Shown: positions 43,301 through 56,111 of the stretch, piece after piece
Layout of the letters: each line of letters opens with the position of its first letter
Numbering within the stretch: the first letter of the stretch is position 1
Assembly: GCF_009914755.1 (NCBI RefSeq)
Contig: NC_060933.1
Strand: one strand, 5' to 3'
Length of the DNA: 64,000 nt
DNA from: the human T2T-CHM13v2.0 reference genome, Homo sapiens
Made by a program: the position numbers and the translations under genes
The notes under the pieces: model-generated
Database searches by the model: none
What the model was told of the DNA's origin: nothing
The model's input: only the letters and a program-made list of their open reading frames with translations

Positions 43301-44090
43301 GCGCAGTGCGCCTTCGCACAGCCAGGTAGCAGGGAAGGGGCCGCATTAAACATTGAAAAATGCGACTAACTTGTTCATCCTGTGCCAAAGACATCACCCC
43401 CTTCTCAGATGCGTGGGGCACGTCACGCACGATCTGCCCCCCCTCCCGCTGCCCTCTCAGTGTCCCGTCCTCTTACAGACGGGAGCCTCCCGGCGCGGGT
43501 TGGGAGCGAGCAGGGAGAGTGGCGCCAGCGCAGGAGGTCCCCAGGCCCGGTCCTCCTCACACCCAGGCGAGGGGAGCGCAGGAGCGACCTGCGGGGGCCC
43601 CGGGAGGCAGAGCGGCGCCTCCGGGGAGAAGGTCCCGCAGAGCTGTGGGGGGGCAGGGGACTGCCCGGGAGGAGCCCAGCGAGGCGGAGACCAGCAGGAC
43701 CGACCCAGGGAGCTCAGTGGGGGCGGCCAGGTCAGCCCGCGGGGGCTGCCATAGAGGCCTCAAAAGGAGGGCCCTCAGCGGGTGGGGGGGTCAGGCCCTG
43801 CCAAGGACTGTCTTCCCGACCTTCAAGCAAGACACCCCGGGGCAGGGACTGCCAGGCGCGGGGGGTCAGGCCAAGTCTAGTGACTCCTTCGTGCCCCTCT
43901 CTGGTGTGGCGGAGAAGAAAGAAGGAGGGAAGCAGCCAGAAACAGCGCGGAGCGGGACTGGGTCCCACCTGGAGACCCTCGGAGCTAATTTCCGCTCAGG
44001 AGGAGGCAGGGGCAGCGGCTCCTGCCCTGAAATCTTGCTTCGGCCGCTGGGCCACCGCCAGCAAGTCCCTCACCCAGGACAACTGCGAGC
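43240..44090. promoter_or_regulatory. CpG island, candidate promoter/enhancer
   Basis: GC- and CpG-rich non-repeat sequence; CACGTCAC (ATF/CRE-like) at 43419-43426. Confidence 0.7.
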
Positions 44091-44307
44091 ATTGAAAGGG
44101 AGGATGCACCTGCCGCCCCCAGGCAATGGCTACATAGTAGCCGTTATTATTATTTTGAGTTTGGGATTTAAAAAACCCATTCCATAATTATCCAAATACA
44201 TACCATCTTTTCAACTCAGTTTTGGATTCAGGGAGTGGGGAATGATTTGTAGTCAGAGAACCTTCGGGAGAGTGCTTTGGAAACAGTCTTGGGCCAGGCC
44301 CAGGCCC

Positions 44308-44436
44308 TGCATTTGTAAAATGGAGATAATATCAGGACCTACCTCCTATATATTTGCTGCGACTAAGGAAAATAATGCGGATTTTAGCACAGTGCCTTTC
44401 ACATAGAAAGTGCTCAAAAATACTAGCCGCATTATA
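44308..44436 (+). mobile_element. MIR
   Basis: 'catttgtaaaatggagataat...ttagcacagtgcc...gtgctcaaaaatactagc'. Confidence 0.75.
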
Positions 44437-44711
44437 GCTAATCACAGCATCATCACCATAGTCTTTTAAAAATTTTTCACCGTGAAGTTATTATTTAAAA
44501 ATCTTTTTCAAATTTTATGATCATTGATTACCATTTCCCCCCCACCCTATGAGATAAATTAATCAGGATTTTATTGGCTGATGAAAAATATTTACCACCG
44601 GTCTATTCTGCGTAGCTTTACTAGACTGTTCTAGTGTTGTCAAACCTCTACTGTCCTATTCGGATACTTCAGGACGTTGTTTTTTAGTTAATGTATATAT
44701 AGACTCTCAAC

Positions 44712-44907
44712 ACCCTGGCTCTTAACTGGGGTAGATTTTACTACCCAGGCAATATCTGGAGACATTTCTGTCACAACTGGAGAGGGGGTTGCTAATGGCA
44801 TCTTGTAGGTGATGGCCGGGATGATGTTAAATCTAAAACGCACAGTACAGCCCACCACGAGAGAGACTAGCCCAAAATGTCAATAGTGGCGAGATGGAGA
44901 AACTCTG
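44712..44907 (+). mobile_element. MER20 hAT MITE
   Basis: 'ggcaatatctggagacattt...gtcacaactgg...gcccaaaatgtcaatagtg'. Confidence 0.8.
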
Positions 44908-46739
44908 CCCTGACATCTCTTTCTCCTGCGGTCTCTCCTAAAGAAACGCCAAGGGAACCAAGGTCTGATGTCTCTGTGGTCCATTGCATTGGGAACTATT
45001 TCTGAGAAAAGCAAGTTGTGGGGACCTGCAAAGCTGTTTTTAGCACAGAACAAAATCACAGAGGACCAAAGCCCTAGAAACCCTGCCTCCTTCCCACTGG
45101 GCGTATCCCTCTGGCTTCCGTCTCCTGGCAGGGTTTGTGCAAAGCCGCAGCTAGAGCAACATTTTGTTATAATCAAACCTCCAAAAGAATCCGTGGAGCA
45201 CTGTGGCCCGTCTGCAAAGGCCAGAAGGGGGAAGGGATTGTGTTTGGGGGCTGATTATGCTGACCTTTCAACCCTTCTTGGCAATGTTTGCTGGCCAGAA
45301 AGCAAAGCCAGCTGTAACTTGGACAGTGCTTTACACAAACAGACAACACAGACTGTTATCTCCTAAATTGGAGGCTTTCTGCAATGTCTTCTCATGTGGG
45401 CACTGGGCTCAGGCAGGAAGACCACCCACAGGCAAACACACAGCACCTCCCAGGGAGGCCTGGAATCATCCACCGCTCTCACCACCTGTTCTGGGGCCTA
45501 GCTATCAGATGGGAAGGAGCCAGTTAATAACTGTTTATAAGCTATAAATGGAAGTGGCCATGGCAGGGAGCTGATAAACATTTGGGGGCCAATTATTTGT
45601 GTAGCTGACTGTCATTTGCACCCGCCCTCAACTGCTTGCAGTATGTGTTTCAGGTTACAGGACGTCCAAATGGCTGTTTGTGGGGAGGGGTGTCTACTGA
45701 AGGGCTGTGTCTGTGGTCTTGATCCAGACCACAGATAATGAGAGCTGCCTTGGACATTTTCAGCCTTCCTAGGCATCAGATCTTTCTCCTTAACTCTGCT
45801 TAGGGGTCAAAAGAAAATTCTAAAGGTAGGAGGCCCTAAAGTATTTCATGTACTTTGGAATCTCAAATCTCCGTTTTGTTGGAAATGTATGGACAGAGTG
45901 TTCGGCTCTGAGCTGTTTAAAGTGAGCTTTTATGTGCTGCACTTGTTAGTTTATAATGTGACGTGTTTTTTCCTGTGAAAAAGAAGGTGAGTATAGGGAT
46001 GCTACATTTAAACCATCAACTGACAGCCTGAGGCTACTGCAGATCCAGAACTGTGATTGCGGGGGCTGGCAGAAGCAGCATGTCGGGAACTCAATGTGGT
46101 GGCGATTGAATTGCCTTATGACCTTGGGTTGGCAGCTATTGGATTAAAAGGCTCAAAGGAGAAATTTGGAAATGAAAATCATGTGCGGAACAGGGGATAA
46201 GGACCTTGACATTTAAATAACAAAAGTGACACCACACTGGTTCTCTCACCTGGTTAGTGCGGAGCGGGCAGGGGCAGCTGGTCCGGCCCTGCGTCCCAGT
46301 GTGAAGGAATTTCTGCCTTTGTCTTCCCAGGGAAGCCAAAGCTTGGAACTGGGTACAACCAGTTTCTAGTGCCTCTGAGTGTCTAGTGCTGGGTCCGGGG
46401 ATCACTAATTTCAGGCAGTGTCTGGGTGTAGGAATTGGCGGCAGGCAGGGGCCTACAGGAGTCCAGTTCCAGATTCACTGCGCTCCTACTAGGTTATGTG
46501 ATCTTCACCAAGAATCTGAAATTCTCTGTTGCCCACGTCCTTATTTGACACCAGGGATGTTTATGGCTCAAGGCACTGCTGGAAGCTACAGAATTTTGGC
46601 ATACAAACCACCCTCAGGGGATTCATGCTTGCCCCGGAGATAAACCTTATCTCTGACAAGATTATCTACTAGTCAAGGCCACATAGGAAAAGCCAGCAGT
46701 GCTACAGGGAATAAACGGTGCCAGGGTTTAGTCAAGGGA

Positions 46740-47370
46740 GGGACGGGGGTCTGGAGAGAGCATGAAGGCTTCAAGGAGGAGATTTGACTTGAGAAAGGCC
46801 ACCTTGAATGGTAACCTGCAGGTGAACAGCATGGCCAGGTGCTCAGCAGCAGGTGTTCACAGTGGCTTTCCAAGGGACAATCCATTTACCTGTCCTAAAG
46901 GAACAGGAAGGAGTTGTGCACGTTAACCTTGGGGAGGCAGGTTGTGATCAGATTGTGAGGGGCTTGAGTCCTCGGTGAGGAGCTCAGTCTCTCCCTTGTC
47001 ATGTCTTATGAGGAAGTACTGGAAAGCAGTGATTCCAGGCAGGTGGGTCTGGTGAAAAGGTAAGATGCTCAAGATAGAGACTGCTGCTGATCCAGGCATA
47101 AGGGTGGGCAGCTCAGAGGCAGCTGGACTACACAGCGGGGTCCTGGGGGACTGCAGAGATCCTAGAGAAAGAGCCAAGGGACTCAGTGAGGAGAATCAGC
47201 AGGACCAGGCCCAACCCTGAGCAACTGGGAAGGCACAGCACCTTCCACAGAAGCTAGCAAGGCCTGAATAATGAAAGGAAGGCTTCGTTTCATACACCTT
47301 GAATTTGGGGCAAAACATTCCAATAGAAATGCCCAGTTAGAAGTTGGAAAGGCAGAACTGGAGTTGAAAA
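46740..47370 (-). mobile_element. L2 remnant
   Basis: 'cagattgtgaggggcttga', 'gactgctgctgatccaggc'; highly degraded. Confidence 0.45.
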
Positions 47371-47474
47371 GTGTTTCTGCTTCTCTATGCCCCTACTAGA
47401 TTGCTAGCACTTCAAGGGCAACAGGAATGTCCCAGGATGGGATGAGCATTAGAGCGGGCATCAATCATAAAATA

Positions 47475-47685
47475 CATCATTAGCTATCACTTTCCGAAGG
47501 CTTGCTCTTGTTAAGCCACAGGCCTGCAACAGCAGGATTACGATAGCTGTTATGCCCAATTTTCAGGTCCAGAAACTGAGGTTCAGAGAAGTTAGGAAAT
47601 TTATCCAAGATCACACAGCTTCTAAGTGGTTGAATTGGGATTTGAATTCAGGTCTAGCTGTTGCTAAAGGCCATGACTTTCCCTT
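47475..47685 (-). mobile_element. MIR
   Basis: 'gaaactgaggttcagagaagttaggaaatttatccaagatcacacagc'. Confidence 0.8.
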
Positions 47686-48880
47686 TCTCCCTCACATCCT
47701 CTCTTGGCCTTTTAATGCAGGAATTCTTTCATACTGAACTTTTGCTTCTCTAGAACTTACACAATGTCTTGGGTCAGGTTTTTGATATGTGTGTTTTATT
47801 AATCCTTTTTTCTGCTACCAAATTTCTTACAAACAAATATCCAGATTTTATTAGCCAACTATTTTAAAAAGTAAAACAAAAACAACAACAAAAATCTTTG
47901 CCTCTTTTTCTTAAAAGTATGCAAATTCAAGACATCAAATTCATCATTCTTTATCAAGTTAAAAAATTACACTGTGTTTTATTTGGCAAAGCAAAGGGAA
48001 TTTCTGAAAGACAAGAGACAATATAAATTTACTCCTTGTCTTTATTAGGAAGTATTTATCTAGAAGTTTTTGTTAACAGAACCGTTTGGAAAAACTTTTC
48101 ACATTTTCTGAAAGCAAAACTTCTGGGCCTCTCTTCGATGTAGCTCTCAGGCCAAATTAATCCTTATACATGTAAAAACATTATTTACATATTTGGGAAG
48201 GAAAACACACAGATTATGCAAGGTCTCAAAGTAGCTAAAAGTCAGAATTTAAAGTTAGTATTTACCGCTTCTATTCTTAAACTCATGCCAGAGCCAAGCT
48301 ACATCCCATATAGTTTCAGGGGAAAATGCAATCAGAAACCTAGCTATGGCGATTTTTACAGCGTTGAAGTTTTTGCCAAATTTGGGTTCTGAAAGGAATT
48401 TCCCTACAGGGCCTTTTGGCAGAGACCTTGCATTTTTTTCAGCTTTCCCCAGGAGTCCTTAGCTGGGATCCTCTATTGTATAATCTGTTTCCTTCAACCA
48501 TTCCTGCTCTCCTCTTTACTCTGAATCATGGGCACATGACGTAGTATTGGAGGAGAAAGCAGCTCTGAGATGATATTATGACATGTCTCTCCTTTGACTA
48601 CATGTTCCTTCCTCCACAGCCAATTGACAGGAGAGAAAGGGACGATCTCTATTCATTTACTGGAGAATTAGCATTTTCTGTCAATGCACCTTGCTCTTTT
48701 ACCCAAGGAATTTCTGTTCACCAGAGAAAAACCCTAGACAAGGGGTCAATAGTTGGCTTGATGAAACCGCTGGCTCTGTATGAATGATCTTTTTCTCCCA
48801 TGAGCCCAATCATAAAGGTCAATATGTCCACAGATGTCTGAAACAAATTAAGTTAAGCTGTAAGGAAATAGAGAGACAGA

Positions 48881-48911
48881 GCCGGGTGCAGTGGCACATG
48901 CCTGTAGTCCC
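48881..48911 (+). mobile_element. 31-bp Alu right-arm/7SL 5' fragment
   Basis: 'gccgggtgcagtggcacatgcctgtagtccc'; no TSD found. Confidence 0.6.
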
Positions 48912-49034
48912 TGAATTAGCAGTTTTGCATAAGGGAAATATCTGACCCTCTCTTCATATTGATTTCTAGCTCAGGCGTGCATCCATATAGTAACAGGTAA
49001 TGAAACCGTAGCGCTTGGTTTCTCTCTTAACAAA

Positions 49035-49190
49035 CCAGGCTAGGCCTGAGTTCTAGCTCCAGCGCTGGCACAAGCTGGCTATGAGAACTTGGCCAGGTTA
49101 CTACATTTTTCTGGATCTGTATTTCTTCATCCATAAAATGGAAGGTTTGGTACATAAACCTTAAGGTTCTCTCCTGCTCTAGAATTCACT
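49035..49190 (+). mobile_element. MIR (MIR3/MIRc-like)
   Basis: 'tttcttcatccataaaatgg...taaggttctctcctgctcta'. Confidence 0.6.
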
Positions 49191-49194
49191 GTAA

Positions 49195-49727
<533 letters not shown>

Positions 49728-49807
49728 CAGGCTACTGTTTTTATAGAATATAATTTGCTGTGTGATGATTAAATGTTGACAGGTGTTTAGTTATGTTTTT
49801 TCTCTAG

Positions 49808-50562
<755 letters not shown>

Positions 50563-51077
50563 TTAAGTACTTTAAATGCTTTTTAAAGCAAAAAGTATTC
50601 CCAGCATATCACCCGTCCTCTCCACCAGACTCAGCTCTGAATGACTTTTGCACCCACCCCACAGAAGTGAAAATGCGTCGCTGCTGAAATCTATTCAAAG
50701 AAATGTGCCTTGTGAACACGCCCAAAGATGGCAGGCAGAGGCATCCTCAAAGCTGACCTCCAGGTCGGAATAGAGGTCGGTCGTCTTCCAAACCGCACCT
50801 TGGAGCCAATAGCATTCTTTCTATAAAAAAAAAAAAAAAATAAGGCCAATTACTTAATATCCACAACTGGTGTGATAACATTCCTGCCTACCCAAGCACC
50901 CATGGATAGAGAGTTAAACAAAACATATACCCAAGAGAAAATGTGGAAAATGCTTTAAATTTTAGGCTTCTATTTTTTCTTATATGGGAAATTTTAAGGA
51001 AACGTGTGTGAGACAAACCTCGGTTTGACGTCTCAGGGTAGAGTTTCTCACAGTGTGATTGCAAAACCCAGCAGAAT

Positions 51078-51593
51078 TGTAGGGGAAGAAAGATTTCTTT
51101 CCTCATTCATTGCTAGGTTCATGGTTGAGGCACCTATAACAAAAGACAGCTTAACAAGTGAGAAGCATACACATTGACTTCATGTAAGTTTTACCTGACA
51201 TGAGAGTTTGTGGAAATGAAGACCCAAAGAAAGTGGGAAACCTGCATATTTTTAAGCTTAGGTTTGATGAAGAGTGGTCAGGCGTGCGGAAGTGTGATTG
51301 GACAGGGGAGAGCTAGCGGTGCTAGCCTGGGGGGACTTGCAAGGCGTTTGTTCAGGTTCTTCTCTATGTCCCTGCATCTTCTGAGATAAGGATACTCCTC
51401 TCCTCTGGGTACAGGGGGAACCTCTCAAATGAGGGTCTTATGACTGGCTTCAGGAGAGAAGAGCAGGAGAAAGTCAGAGAGTGACCTTCTAGGTTGTAGG
51501 ACCTGTGTCAGGGCAGGAGGGCTTTCCCGCTTCTGCTATTTTCTCAAATGCCAAGGTGCCAGATTTGGGGGTAACATGCCTTGAACCTCATGA
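51078..51593 (-). mobile_element. MER31 (ERV1) solo LTR
   Basis: 'tgtaggggaagaaa...gctaggttcatgg...cctataacaaaagacag'; 4-bp TSD gaat. Confidence 0.8.
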
Positions 51594-51629
51594 GAATCAT
51601 TTGGGGAGCTTGTTAAAAATGAAGATGCA

Positions 51630-51928
51630 GGTCGGGCGCGGTGGCTCACGCCTGTAATCCCAGCACTTTGTGAGACTGAGGAGGGTCGATCACGAGGTCA
51701 GGAGTTCAAGACTATCCTGGCCAACATGGTGAAACCCCATCTCTACTAAAAATAACAAAAATTAGCCAGGCGTGGTGGCACACACTTGTAATCCCAGCTA
51801 CTGGGGAGGCTGAGGCAGGAGAATCGCTTGAACCAGGAGGCAGAGTTTGCAGTGAGCTGAGATTGCGCCACTGCACTCCAGCCTGGGTGACACAGCAAGA
51901 CTCCGTCTCAAAAAAAAAAAAAAAAAAA
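51630..51928 (+). mobile_element. AluSg-type
   Basis: 'gatcacgaggtcaggagttc'; TSD aaaaatgaagatgc. Confidence 0.93.
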
Positions 51929-52000
51929 TGAAGATGCCTGGGTCCACCCTGGACCTATGGAATCAGAATCTCCAGGTTTCATGTTTACCTGACTCTAATG

Positions 52001-52002
52001 AA

Positions 52003-52041
<39 letters not shown>

Positions 52042-52043
52042 AA
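52001..52043. repeat. (AATA)~10 tetranucleotide STR
   Basis: read directly from the sequence. Confidence 0.95.
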
Positions 52044-52894
52044 GATCTGCCGAGGTTCATGGTCTGCTAATAGGGCAAGGAGCTATCGTTACAGAGAATT
52101 CTAGAGCAAGAAAACCCTTACGGTTTATGTGCCAAACCTGCGTTTTACTGATGAAGAAATGCAGATCCAGAATCGCCAGGGAATTTTAGATAAACTTCCT
52201 AGCTAATTCTCAGGCATAGTAAACCCTCAGAAACTTGTCCTACAGTTTGTTTGAGTCCTACGGAGGACGGCTCTTCTTTAATCTCCTGGGTTGCTTATTG
52301 TCTTAAACATCAAGAATGCTCCCTGACAGCAGAGGAGCAGGCCCGGCAGCACTCAGAACTGAGTGAACACAAGCCAGAGAGTGCCTCGCAGCCCAAGAGC
52401 TCTGAGTTGGTTTTTAACTAAGACATTCGTAGTCAGAAAGAGGCCAAGCATGCCATTCTTAATTTAAGATAAAGGTAAGGCCGAGGGATGTGTCTGCATA
52501 TTTATGACAAGCTCAATACGTGCTAAGCAAAAGACACGTGGCACTATCCAACTCCGTGGGTTTTTTTCCCCCTCTAATGACAGACTTAAACTCAGCCTGA
52601 AAGCTGACCTTCGAGTCCCTATTTCATTATTCTAAGCCAGCATTATTGGTTATGGGAAATAATCCTGTTGGCAGAAGGAAATACTTAAGGAGCAGTTTAC
52701 TTTAGTCTTTGCTAGGCATGTGATGTAGTGTGGGAACGAAAACAAGGGATGTTTCAGCTTTGCCTGATGTCCCCCTGTGAGGTGACTGACTCATGGTTTT
52801 AGAAATAAAGACATCTCCTGCATCAAGACCCTAAGTTAAATTCCTAGGTCTCTGTGGCCAGCGACAAAGGGGGAAATTAAGACAGTGAACTGGA

Positions 52895-53203
52895 TTATTT
52901 TATTTTATTTTTGAGACAGGGTCTTACTCTTCTGCCCAGCTGGAGTGCAGTGGTGCGATCAGAGCTCACTGCAGCCTTGACCTCTCAGATCCAAGTGATC
53001 TTTCTACCTCAGCCTCTTGAGTAGCTGGGACTACAGGTGAACGCCACCACACCTGACTAGTATTCTTATTTTTTATTTTTTATTGTGGAGACGGGGTCTT
53101 CCTAAGTCACCTAGGGTGGTCTCGAACTCCTGGGCTCAAGCAATCTGCCCACCTTGGCCTCCCAAAACACTGGGATTACAGGCATGAGCCATCATGCCCG
53201 GCC
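52895..53203 (-). mobile_element. AluJ-type
   Basis: 'cactgcagccttgacctc', 'cctgggctcaagcaatc'. Confidence 0.9.
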
Positions 53204-53409
53204 TGGATACTTCTAGACAAAGAGAAATACCAGTGTTATTTCCTCTATAGGGCCCGTGGTTTTGGTGTACAGACTCACCCTATTTTGTCATTATGGATGC
53301 AAGATTCATTTCAGAGTATCTCCCCGAATTTGACTAATTGGCCAATTGATTTTTCCTGGTTACCATCCTTGGTTACACACATCACAGTTATCTCCAAAGC
53401 TGCTTTTCA

Positions 53410-53770
53410 CAGCAGTTGAGTGTGCATACTGGAGTCTCACTGACTGGATTCAGATCCCAGCTCTGCTACTTATCATCTGGGTGACCTGGCTTGGGTCACC
53501 AATCATCCTGGCCTGCCAGGGACTGAGGGATTTTTCTGGATGTGAAACTTTTGGTGCTAAAGCCAAGAAAGACCCAGGTGAACTGAGGCCAGCTGGTCAT
53601 CCTGGCCTTTGAGCAAGTTACTTTACTGCTCCAAGCTTGAGCTTCCTCACCTGTATTGCGGGTTGCCAGTCATAGTGAGCTACCTTGTGGGGTTGTTGGA
53701 GGACTCAGGAGGTGTGGCCCTAAAGCAGTTGGAACTGGGCCTGGCACATGGCACCTGTGTGTTTGTTGTC
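53410..53770 (+). mobile_element. MIR interrupted by MER81
   Basis: 'ggattcagatcccagctctgctactta...tgagcaagttactt'. Confidence 0.65.
53491..53604. mobile_element. MER81-like hAT-Blackjack MITE
   Basis: TIR-like 'gggtcaccaatcatcctgg' / 'ccagctggtcatcct', about 114 bp. Confidence 0.65.
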
Positions 53771-54409
53771 ATTTTTTCATCAGCAGCACTCCATTCTGCC
53801 CCCTGACATTACACACGGCATTGGAGGGCTGGTGCCATGTGGTGGCAGAACGCAACCAAAACCAGACCAGACCACAGACACCGCTTGTGGATGTTGTGAA
53901 GCGTTCATTGGAACCTTCCTTCACTGTGTGGTTGATGGTTGAGATGCTTGCAAAACAAGTATTTGGTATGTCTTGTGTGGTAACAGTTGTGACATCTGGG
54001 TCCCGAATAAAGAGTGTACCTCCCGGAAGGTAGGGTGGCCATAGACTCACCTGTGAGCCATGGAAAGGGGGGAGGCCATGCTCATTTTGATGAAGCAGGT
54101 AAGATGGTGACCACGCCTGGGCATGGACAGAGATGGGATAGGAGTAGTCCTGTGTGCAGGGAAGGGTTTGGGGAAGGGGACATCAGACAAGTCAAACAAG
54201 GACTTGGACTCACTAGCTGATCAGGGACCTTAAATGTCACTTGCACCTGGGAGTCCCATCACAGGAGGAAAAAGGCCAAGTCTGTTTTCTAAGTTCCTCA
54301 AAACTTCATAGGAGAGAAGAAAAATGATGGGAAGAGCCATCAGTAACAAAAGGCAGGTAATGGAAATATGAAGCTATAGGGGCCAGAGTTTATAACAAAT
54401 CTCCTTCAT

Positions 54410-54630
54410 TTGTCATATGCCATCAATCAACACATTTATTGAACACCTACTATGTGCCAGGTGCTGTGTGCCATCTGCACTGGAGCTGTGTCCCGGAACA
54501 CAACAGACAGTGCCTTCTACCATAGTTGGGCCAGACTTCCATTTCTTCATTCAGCATATGGATATAAAGCACCTACTATGTGCCATGAAGTCTCCCAGGC
54601 ACCTGCTTTGTGGCATTTGTAAATGAATAA
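54410..54630 (-). mobile_element. two L2 3' tails
   Basis: 'cacctactatgtgcca' occurs twice. Confidence 0.6.
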
Positions 54631-54655
54631 GCATGTACAGGAAAATATCAGGGTT

Positions 54656-54970
54656 GGCTGCGTGCGGTGGCCCATGCCTTTAATCCCAGCACCTTGGGAG
54701 GCTAAAGTAGGTGGATCACCTGAGGTCAGGAGTTCGAGACCAGCCTGGCCAACACGGCGAAACCTCATCTCTACTAAAAATACAAAAATTAGCCGGGTGT
54801 GATGGCATGTGCCTGTAATCCCAATTACTTGGGAGGCTGAAGCAGGAGAATTGCTTTAATGCAGGAGGCAGAGGTTGCAGTGAGCCGAGATCGCACCACT
54901 GCACTCAGCCTGGGTGACAAAGCAAGACTACATTTCACACAAAAAAATTAATAAAAATAAAAATAAATAA
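54656..54970 (+). mobile_element. AluSx-type
   Basis: full dimer; TSD aaaatatcagggt. Confidence 0.93.
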
Positions 54971-55289
54971 AATATCAGGGTCCTGAGAGAATAAGAAGGC
55001 TCCAGCTCTCTGGACACCTGCTCTGGGTCTGGCCTTCCTCCACTTGCTCAATACATCTTCTCCCATTGAAGCCTCACCACAGTCTACCTCCTATTAAACT
55101 AAACTAGCTCACATTGCATGAACTAACATATTATGAATAATTTTATCCTCATTTTATAAATGAGGGAGTTGAGGCACTGAGATGAGAGCCTCACCCCGCT
55201 CTTCAGCTCTATCCTAGCCCATCTCTTTTGAGGCCTCGGGCAATACCGGGGGGTACTTTAGGTGGTCGCACCTGCAGAAGTCCTGCCGC

Positions 55290-55404
55290 TTTCTAGTGGG
55301 CAGAGGCCAGAGATGCTGCTAAACATCCTACAATGCAAAGGACAGCCCCATAACAGAGAATTCTCCAGCCCCAAATGGACTGAGTGCCAGGTGGAGACAC
55401 CCTG
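55290..55404 (+). mobile_element. MER20 fragment
   Basis: 'ctagtgggcagaggccagagatgctgctaaacatcctacaatgc'. Confidence 0.8.
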
Positions 55405-55714
55405 CTCTCAAATGCCTGGGGAGAGGGCTTGTGGGAGGCCTCTTTGCTCTTCCAGGTTTGGGCTGTGTCCATGGCCATGCAGCTGTCTGGGAACAGCAGG
55501 GGCAAAGGCCCCAGCAGGATGAGAATTGGCCTGTGCATGGAGAGCATGCAGGAGAAGGTGACAGAGGGGGAGGGGCGGGGAGAGTGGGGAGATGTGGCTG
55601 AGGTCAAGGAGCTGGCATTGACCCTTGAGTGTCATCGGGAGCCACTGGAAGGTCAAAAAGTGTGAGATTATAGATGGCTTTTTATTATTATTTTGCTTAT
55701 TTCTATTTTATGAC

Positions 55715-56111
55715 TGCTGTGGGCTGAATTATGTCCCCTGCAAAGCTCACGTGTTGAAATCCTAACCCCCAGTACCTCAGAATATGACTAGATTTGGAGA
55801 TAGGGTCTTTACAAGATAATTAAGTGGAAGTGAGGTAATTAGGGTGGACCCTCCTAATCCACTATGACTAGTGTCCTTATAAAAAGAAATGAGGACACAC
55901 ACACGTTTGCACACAGAGAAGACTCTATGAAGACACAGGGAGGAAAGGACGGCCATCTATAAGCCGTGGAGAGAGGCCTCAAGAGCAAACAGCCCCTCCC
56001 ACACTGTCATCTCAGATTCCTGTCCTCTAGAATTGTAAGAAAATACATCTCTGCTGTCTCAGCCATTCAGTCTGTGGGACTTTGTTATGGCAGCCCTGGC
56101 AAACTCATACA
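55715..56111 (+). mobile_element. MLT1B-like solo LTR
   Basis: 'tgctgtgggctgaatt...tttggagatagggtcttt...ttgttatggcagccc...ataca'; TSD atgRc. Confidence 0.85.

Larger units (their letters stand above)
51039..51975 (+). mobile_element. MER5-type MITE split by MER31 and an Alu
   Basis: 'gagtttctcac...cagcagaat|cat..ggggagcttgttaaaaatg|...gaatcagaatctcc'. Confidence 0.6.

Noticed and set aside
41922-43430. 502-aa minus-strand ORF (and the overlapping 309-aa ORF) as a protein-coding gene
   Set aside because: It is a translation of the C/T-rich VNTR strand that lacks stop codons; the 502-aa ORF starts at GTG, is low-complexity and has no recognisable domain.
43360-44187. 275-aa and 237-aa ORFs in the second CpG island
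   Set aside because: G/A/R/P-rich, open in several frames and on both strands as expected from GC content; no recognisable protein.
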